Position numbers and translations under genes: made by a program. From an uncultured Gemmatimonadales bacterium (GTDB taxonomy: Bacteria > Gemmatimonadota > Gemmatimonadetes > Longimicrobiales > RSA9): a stretch of DNA of 64,000 nt. Below are positions 58,426 to 64,000 of this stretch, piece by piece (positions within the stretch are counted from its first letter, which is position 1; each line of letters begins with the position of its first letter). The notes below the pieces were generated by a model. That model was not told the origin of the DNA. It made no database searches and saw nothing but the letters and a program-made list of their open reading frames with translations. The stretch covers positions 576,001-640,000 of the forward strand of contig CAVUKA010000001.1 in NCBI GenBank assembly GCA_963741945.1, written 5' to 3'.

Positions 58426-60606
58426 ATGCGACGATCCAGCCTTCTCCCCGTGCTGATAGCATCTCTGGGACTCGGCCTCGCCTGTTCCGATACCACCGGC
58501 CCAGAACCCACGCTCTACCCCGACGGCGCCAGCGCCGGCATCACCGACGCGCTGCACCAGGATGGCGGCGTGACCGGCAACCCCCACTTCTTCTGGCTCG
58601 CGCCGATCGTCTCCGGCGACCCGTCAGCTTCCTTCGGCACCTTCGACCCGGCCGCGAGCCCGGTCGTGACCGTCGTCTGCCACTCGGCATCCGGGGTTGG
58701 CGCGACGTGCACCGGCGCGCCGGATCCCATCGCCACCTTCACCCTCGGCGACGGCGTCCTGGTCCAGGACGGCCAGTACCACCTCCAGTTCGACACGAAA
58801 GCGGCGTTCGGCACCTACACGCTTCGGACTTCGGTGGCGGACGGACCGCAGTACACCTATCGAATCGTGGTCACGATCGATGGCGACGCCGGAACGATCG
58901 AGCTCGGTCACGCCGACTTCCAGCTGGCCGAGTCCGGCAAGGACATCAAGAACCTGTCCAGCGACGACATGATCGGCCTCAAGGACGGCCGCATGCTCCC
59001 CGTCAAGTTCCGCATCGACCTCGCGGCATACGACTATGGTGTGGCCAACGCCCTCTTCGCGTCCTACGGCGACGACGGCTATCCCGACCCCGAGCTCTGT
59101 GCGACCAACTGTGCCGTGGAACAGGTGGACCCCGAAACGGGCGGCGACTTCTTCCTCTTCGACCCCCGCGCCGGCTTCAACACCACCGGCGTGCGTTTCG
59201 GGACGGAGGACCTGCCTCCTCTGGGAGAAGGCGAGGAGTACACCCTCGTCATCGACCAGCGCCTCACCGACGACGAGATCGACGACGGCTACACCTGCTA
59301 CTACGACGCCGATCTCGCCCAGTGGGACTGCTACCGCTACCTCCTCTTCCCGGAGCCGGAGGCGTTCAACAACCCGGTCCTCGTGGGGATCTGCGACTAC
59401 AGCGCGCTCCTGAACGACAGCCCGGAGAGCCTGCAGATCGGCAAGGCGGACTATTACAGCGGCGAGGGCTGGTCGGTGGACTTCCTCGAGCCCATGGATG
59501 CCACGGACCTGCTCAGCTGCGCGCCGGCGGCGGTCGGTTCGCTGACCTCGTTCCGCTCCACCCTCCGCCTCGCCTTCGACTGGCTGGTCCCGCCCGCGTA
59601 CGCGCAGCGCACCACCCGAGTCATCGGCGGCATGGCGAATGACTTCAGCGACTTCTTCCTGACGCCATACACGATCCCGTCCGAGCTGCCCGGAACGATC
59701 ATCTTCGAGGCGGAGAACCCGGACAACGGCGGCAGCGTGGACCTGTTCGCCCTCACGTCGGGCGGAACGGCCGAGGTGCTGGTAGGCGACGACACGGACG
59801 ATCGTGACGGAGTGGTGTCGAACGGCTCGCTCGCCTGGAGCGCTCACACACCATACCTGGCCGGCTCGGAGCCGTCGGCAAAGCTGCGCGTGCTGAACCT
59901 GACAACGAGCGTTGCCAGCGACGTCATCACTACAGGGCTCCCGCTCCAAATTGAGCCCGACCTGAATACCACCGGAACCGTCGTCGCCTTTGCCACGCCA
60001 CATTCCATCGCATCGCCGATGAACTTCGACATCTACACGGTTGCGCTGTCCGGGGGCGCGACGCTTCAGGTCACCGACGGAGCCGAGGCCACCACCGACC
60101 CCTGCACCAGCGAGAGCCCCGCGTGGTCGCTGGACGGGTCCGCTCTGGCATATGCGACCAACTGCGGCGGGGCCTGGATGATTGTGGTCCTCGAGCACTT
60201 CAACACGGAATTCGAGGCGAAGCACGAATACACAGTCGGCGCCTATGCACCCAGGTCGCTCGCCTGGCTTGGAGACGGCCACATCGTGTACGAGGCGAAC
60301 TTCCACCTCTACGCGATGGATGTTTCGGACGGGTCTCACACGCCGCTCACGCCTGCCTCCGACACGTCCGTCGAGGTCTCCGACCCCGTGATCTCCCCGG
60401 ACGGCACCTGGATCGCGTTCGCGTACATCCAGGGCGCCGGCCGCGAGATCTGGGCGTTCCAGGTGCCCGACCTCACGAACTGGGACCAGGTGCTGAGTGG
60501 GGAGGCCAGCTTCGTTGTCGGGCCGGAGTCCTGGGTGCTGGTGACAGACGAGGCAGTCCTCCCGCGTCCCACGGACTGGATGCCCACGCCAACAGGGCTG
60601 CAATGA
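58426..60606 (+). CDS. Modular acidic lipoprotein with C-terminal TolB-like (PD40) beta-propeller
   Basis: MRRSSLLPVLIASLGLGLAC lipobox; SPAWSLDG and DPVISPDGTWIAF blades. The ORF-track start at 57316 is an overlap artefact. Confidence 0.8.
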   Translation: MRRSSLLPVLIASLGLGLACSDTTGPEPTLYPDGASAGITDALHQDGGVTGNPHFFWLAPIVSGDPSASFGTFDPAASPVVTVVCHSASGVGATCTGAPDPIATFTLGDGVLVQDGQYHLQFDTKAAFGTYTLRTSVADGPQYTYRIVVTIDGDAGTIELGHADFQLAESGKDIKNLSSDDMIGLKDGRMLPVKFRIDLAAYDYGVANALFASYGDDGYPDPELCATNCAVEQVDPETGGDFFLFDPRAGFNTTGVRFGTEDLPPLGEGEEYTLVIDQRLTDDEIDDGYTCYYDADLAQWDCYRYLLFPEPEAFNNPVLVGICDYSALLNDSPESLQIGKADYYSGEGWSVDFLEPMDATDLLSCAPAAVGSLTSFRSTLRLAFDWLVPPAYAQRTTRVIGGMANDFSDFFLTPYTIPSELPGTIIFEAENPDNGGSVDLFALTSGGTAEVLVGDDTDDRDGVVSNGSLAWSAHTPYLAGSEPSAKLRVLNLTTSVASDVITTGLPLQIEPDLNTTGTVVAFATPHSIASPMNFDIYTVALSGGATLQVTDGAEATTDPCTSESPAWSLDGSALAYATNCGGAWMIVVLEHFNTEFEAKHEYTVGAYAPRSLAWLGDGHIVYEANFHLYAMDVSDGSHTPLTPASDTSVEVSDPVISPDGTWIAFAYIQGAGREIWAFQVPDLTNWDQVLSGEASFVVGPESWVLVTDEAVLPRPTDWMPTPTGLQ

Positions 60607-60644
60607 CCATCTAGAACCGGCTTCCCCTTCACCCCGGGACCACC

Positions 60645-62474
60645 ATGGGCCTCTTCGCGCGGATACGGGAACGGCGGCTGTTCCAGATCGTGGCGGCGTA
60701 CCTGGCGGCCGGCTGGATCGGCCTGGAGGTGTTCGACCAGCTCGTGGACCGCGAGGTGCTGCCGCGGGTGGTCTACACGATCGCCCTGGCCTGGTTTGCG
60801 GCCGGGATCGTGGTGGCGGTCCTGGTGGGGTGGTACCACGGGGAGAAGGGGAAGCAGAAGGCGCCGGTGCAGGAGATCGTCACCATCGCGGTGGTGGCGC
60901 TGGCGGTGCTCGGGTTCAGCGGCTCGTCCGCGTACGACTACTGGTCGCAGCGTCGGGCGCTCGCGGCCGCGGAAGCGTCGGCGCTGGACCTGGGCCGCGT
61001 CGCCGTCCCCTACTTCGTCGACCTGTCGGCCGCCGGTGAGCTGCGCCCGGTGGCCGATGGGCTGACGGAGTCGCTCATCGACGAGCTCTCGGAGGTCTCC
61101 GGTCTGGACGTGCTCTCCCGCAACGCCGTAGCGCCGTACCGCGAGGCCCGTGTGCCGCTGGACAGCGTCGGGCGTGCGCTGAAGGCGGGGACGGTGGTGG
61201 ACGGCGCGGTGGAGAAGGTGGGCGACGACGTGCGCGTCGTCGTCCGGCTGGTGGACGGCCAGAGCGGCGTGGAGTTCGACCGCGCGGTGCTGGAGCGGCC
61301 GGCCGCCGAGCTGCTGGCGGCGAGGGATGCGGTGGCGGAGGAGACGGCGAGGCTGCTGCGCGGGCTGCTCGGCCACCAGGTGCAGCTGCGGCACACCAAG
61401 CGGCAGACGGAGAGCCTGGCCGCGTGGACGCTGTACCAGCGCGCGGAGTTCGAGCGGAAGCAGGCGGAGGACGCCCTGCTCGAGGGCGACGCCGGGGCCA
61501 TGGCCACCGCGTTCGACCGCGCCGACTCGCTCCTCGTGCAGGCTCAGCTGCTCGACCCCACGTGGCCGGAGACGGCGGTGCTGCGCGGGCACATCGCCTT
61601 CCGCCGCTCCCGCCTCGGCACCGACCTGGACGACATGGTGGCGTGGGGGGACCGCGGCCTCGAGCGCGTCCAGGCCGCACTCGACCTCGACCCCAACGAC
61701 GCCCGCGCGCTGGAAGTGCGCGGCACGCTGAAGTACTGGCACTGGCTCATGGGCGTGATCCCCGAGCGCGACGAGAGCGACGCGCTGTTCCGCAGCGCCC
61801 GCGCGGACCTGGAGCGCGCCGTGGACATCGACGATCGCCTGGCCAGCGCGTACGCCTGCCTCAGCCACCTCTACCTGAACGCCCCGGACCTCACCGCCGC
61901 CGTCCTGGCCGGGCGCAAGGCCTACGAGGAGGACGCCTACCTGGCCGATGCCGACCTCGTGATCTGGCGCATCGCCAGCGCGTCGCTCAACCTCGGGCAG
62001 TACCGGGAGATGGCCCGCTGGTGCGACACCGGGCGCGAGCGCTTCCCGGGCAACTACCGGTTCGTCGCCTGCCAGCTCCTCGCCATGAACACCGACGCCG
62101 TGGAGCCCGACGTCCCCACCGCCTGGGACCTCCTGGCCGCCCTCGACTCCCTCGCCCCCGTGAACCAGCGCGACTGGGAGATCGCCCGCGCGCGCCTGGC
62201 CATCGCCGGCGTCCTCGCCCGCGCCGAGCTGCCCGACAGCGCCCGTGCCGTCCTCGCCCGCGCCCACCGGGGCATCACCGAGGCCGTGGACCCCACCCGC
62301 GACCTGCTGCTCGTGGAAGGTGAGGTGTGGACCCAGCTCGGCGATGACGACCGCGCCATCGACCTCCTGAAGCAGTACGCCGCCGCCAACCCCGGCACCG
62401 ACTTCGGGGAGCAGGGCTGGTGGACCAATCTCCGGCGCCACCCGCGCTGGAGGGAGGTCGTCGCCGGCGGCTGA
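60645..62474 (+). CDS. Membrane-anchored TolB-N-like/TPR protein
   Basis: Three N-terminal TM helices (RERRLFQIVAAYLAAGW), VAVPYFVDLS..ADGLTESLIDELS..LDVLSR domain, TPR-like helices. Confidence 0.8.
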   Translation: MGLFARIRERRLFQIVAAYLAAGWIGLEVFDQLVDREVLPRVVYTIALAWFAAGIVVAVLVGWYHGEKGKQKAPVQEIVTIAVVALAVLGFSGSSAYDYWSQRRALAAAEASALDLGRVAVPYFVDLSAAGELRPVADGLTESLIDELSEVSGLDVLSRNAVAPYREARVPLDSVGRALKAGTVVDGAVEKVGDDVRVVVRLVDGQSGVEFDRAVLERPAAELLAARDAVAEETARLLRGLLGHQVQLRHTKRQTESLAAWTLYQRAEFERKQAEDALLEGDAGAMATAFDRADSLLVQAQLLDPTWPETAVLRGHIAFRRSRLGTDLDDMVAWGDRGLERVQAALDLDPNDARALEVRGTLKYWHWLMGVIPERDESDALFRSARADLERAVDIDDRLASAYACLSHLYLNAPDLTAAVLAGRKAYEEDAYLADADLVIWRIASASLNLGQYREMARWCDTGRERFPGNYRFVACQLLAMNTDAVEPDVPTAWDLLAALDSLAPVNQRDWEIARARLAIAGVLARAELPDSARAVLARAHRGITEAVDPTRDLLLVEGEVWTQLGDDDRAIDLLKQYAAANPGTDFGEQGWWTNLRRHPRWREVVAGG

Positions 62475-62512
62475 GCCGCGTCGCGGCCTCTCCGTGTCCG
62501 CGCCCCCGCGCT

Positions 62513-62684
62513 CCGGCCGTTTTCGTGTCCGTGCTCCGGCCGTTTTCGTGTCCGTGTCCCGTGCCCCGGCCGTTTTCGTGTCCGTGCTCCGGCCGTTTTC
62601 GTGTCCGTACTCCGGCCGTTTTCGTGTCCGTACTCCGGCCGTTTTCGTGTCCGTGCCCCGTGCCCCGGCCGTTTCGTGTCCGCG
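62513..62684 (+). repeat. Tandem array, 7 copies of CCGGCCGTTT(T)CGTGTCCGTG (left)
   Basis: Units start at 62513, 62536, 62566, 62589, 62612, 62635 and 62665, with 2-9 nt linkers. Confidence 0.95.
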
Positions 62685-62686
62685 CC

Positions 62687-62829
62687 CCGTGCTCCGTCTG
62701 GCGTGTCCGGCAGTTCCCATCCGATGACCGCAAGAACACGAGCCGGCTCTCTGCCGTCCGAGCACCGAACCCCCGGACCCGGTCACGCCAGACGGACCAC
62801 GGACACGCAGTTCACAAACAGGGAGCACG
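62687..62829. repeat. 143-nt structured direct repeat, copy 1 (candidate ncRNA or cis-element)
   Basis: 132/143 identical to 63441-63583; 24-nt arms 62687-62710 and 62779-62802 pair with 2 mismatches. Confidence 0.9.
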
Positions 62830-62945
62830 TACGCGATCCCGCACCCGGCCCGTCCCGATCCGCCCCCCGTTCGACCCTCACGGCCATGGAGCACGCGCCG
62901 TCTGGGGCTCAGATTGAACTCCGGTCCGTCAACGGAGTGGCCGCG

Positions 62946-63323
62946 ATGCAGGAACCCGGGACAGTCTTCGAGTTCGAGAAGCTGGATGTGTACCAGCGGG
63001 CACTGGAGCTCAGGCCGCTCATTGCCGAGCTCGTGGCTACGCTGCCGCCCGGCTACGGCGACCTCCGCAGCCAGGCCGGCCGCTCTGAACGATCCATCCG
63101 TCTCAACATCGCCGAGGGCTCAGGCCGCCGACGCCCCGGCGGCAAGGTGGAGCGCTACCGCACCGCGCGCGGCTCCGCCAACGAGTGTGCCGCCGCCGTG
63201 GACGAGATCCGGCGACTCGGCTGCGCCGACACGCACCTCGCCCAGGAAGCCCTCACGCTCCTGCACCGGATCGTCTCCATGCTCACCCGCCTGATCATGA
63301 CCTGGGAAAAGCGACAGGATTGA
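62946..63323 (+). CDS. Four-helix-bundle protein (23S rRNA IVP / Avd-like family)
   Basis: FEKLDVYQRA..DLRSQAGRSERSIRLNIAEGSGR..ARGSANEC..IVSMLTRL family signature; GGAG RBS before ATG 62946 (alternative start 62886). Confidence 0.9.
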   Translation: MQEPGTVFEFEKLDVYQRALELRPLIAELVATLPPGYGDLRSQAGRSERSIRLNIAEGSGRRRPGGKVERYRTARGSANECAAAVDEIRRLGCADTHLAQEALTLLHRIVSMLTRLIMTWEKRQD

Positions 63324-63334
63324 CGCCCCGTGCC

Positions 63335-63439
63335 CCGGCCGTTTTCGTGTCCGTGTCCCGTGCTCCGGCCGTTTCGTGTCCGTGTTCCGTGCCCCGGCCG
63401 TTTCGTGTCCGTGTCTGCCCCGGCCGTTTCGTGTCCGTG
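63335..63439 (+). repeat. Tandem array, 4 copies of CCGGCCGTTT(T)CGTGTCCGTG (right)
   Basis: Units start at 63335, 63365, 63394 and 63420. Confidence 0.95.
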
Positions 63440-63440
63440 T

Positions 63441-63583
63441 CCGTGCTCCGTCTGGCGTGTCCGGCAGTTCCCGTCCGATGACCGCAAAGACATGAGCCGG
63501 GTCTCTGAGATCCGAGCACCGAACCCCCGGACCCGGTCACGCCAGACGGACCACGGACACGCAGTTCACACCCAGGCAGCACG
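63441..63583. repeat. 143-nt structured direct repeat, copy 2
   Basis: Offset 754 nt from copy 1; 29-bp stem 63436-63464 / 63533-63561 with 2 mismatches. Confidence 0.9.
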
Positions 63584-63587
63584 CAGT

Positions 63588-64000
63588 TCACACCCCCAGC
63601 TTCGCCTTGACCTCGTACAGCTCGTCCCTCAGCTGCGCCGCCCGTTCGAAATCCATGGCGGCCGCCGCCTGCTTCATCTGCTCTTCCAGGATCTTCGCCC
63701 ACTGCTCCAGGTCCACCTCGTCCGCGTAGCTCGGCTTCGGCTCGGCCACTTTCGCCAGCCGTTCCGCGCGCGCGTCGGCCACGCGCGTGCTCAGGATCAT
63801 CTGCTCGATGCTCTTCACGATGCTCTGCGGCGTGATCCCGTGCTCCTCGTTGTACGCCACCTGCACGGCCCGGCGGCGGTCCGTTTCCCCGATCGCCTCT
63901 TCCATGGACCGGGTGACCCGGTCCGCGTACATGATGGCGCGGCCCTCCACGTGCCGGGCCGCGCGGCCGACCGTCTGGATGAGCGAGCGAGCGTCGCGGA
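63588..64000 (-). CDS. uvrB: Excinuclease ABC subunit B (3' part only)
   Basis: RSLIQTVGRAARH.EGRAIMYAD..ETDRRRAVQ..YNEEHGITP and UVR domain MDFERAAQLRD. Confidence 0.95.
   Translation of the reverse strand, partial: RDARSLIQTVGRAARHVEGRAIMYADRVTRSMEEAIGETDRRRAVQVAYNEEHGITPQSIVKSIEQMILSTRVADARAERLAKVAEPKPSYADEVDLEQWAKILEEQMKQAAAAMDFERAAQLRDELYEVKAKLGV

Noticed and set aside
60336-62894. 852-aa minus-strand ORF and other long antisense ORFs (e.g. 27929-30430, 35856-38036, 50900-53143, 55331-57022)
   Set aside because: Stop-poor shadows of real genes, typical of ~72% GC DNA; no recognisable motifs. The HGHENGR/TDTKTAG repeats are just translations of the DNA array.
62946-63323. 23S rRNA intervening sequence
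   Set aside because: No rRNA sequence flanks the gene; the family name does not imply an rRNA location.
62513-63439. CRISPR array
   Set aside because: Inter-repeat linkers are only 2-9 nt and not unique; no cas genes in the window.
62687-63583. Diversity-generating retroelement TR/VR pair next to an Avd-like gene
   Set aside because: Differences are not adenine-specific on either strand (they include C/G and C/T), neither copy lies in a target gene's 3' end, and no reverse transcriptase is in the window.

Overview
GC-rich bacterial chromosome segment. Gene content and order suggest Gemmatimonadota (Longimicrobiales-like); this is inference from synteny and protein style. Bases 1-55000 are mostly minus-strand core genes: yqeY, prmA-dnaJ-hrcA-hemW, dprA, obgE, S41 protease, tmk, ino1 plus a CDP-alcohol phosphatidyltransferase, prmC-prfA-rpmE, lnt, spoIID-like, rimO-lolA-ftsK, comB-like, accCB-aroQ, two large TPR proteins, ppiD/surA-like (+ strand), tatA/tatC, hutIH, lptD, nrdR, tol-pal, galE-like, LysM and rimI-tsaB-tsaE. 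Between tsaE and uvrB is a roughly 8.5 kb plus-strand accessory block: a BTAD/SARP-TPR regulator, an unknown protein, a modular lipoprotein, a TolB-N/TPR membrane protein and a four-helix-bundle (S23-IVP/Avd-like) gene. The strongest signal is that last gene. It sits between two direct copies of a composite non-coding module: a tandem 21-nt repeat array followed by a 143-nt block (92% identical between copies) that folds into a long stem-loop, with all core-block differences confined to the loop. Other notable points are an apparent Pal-CpoB fusion that one extra base would explain, a gene-less inverted-repeat element upstream of nrdR, a recurring CTCTCCACNYGGAGA palindrome and candidate operator motifs flanking the SARP gene. 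No rRNA, tRNA, CRISPR array, transposase, integrase or reverse transcriptase was recognised.
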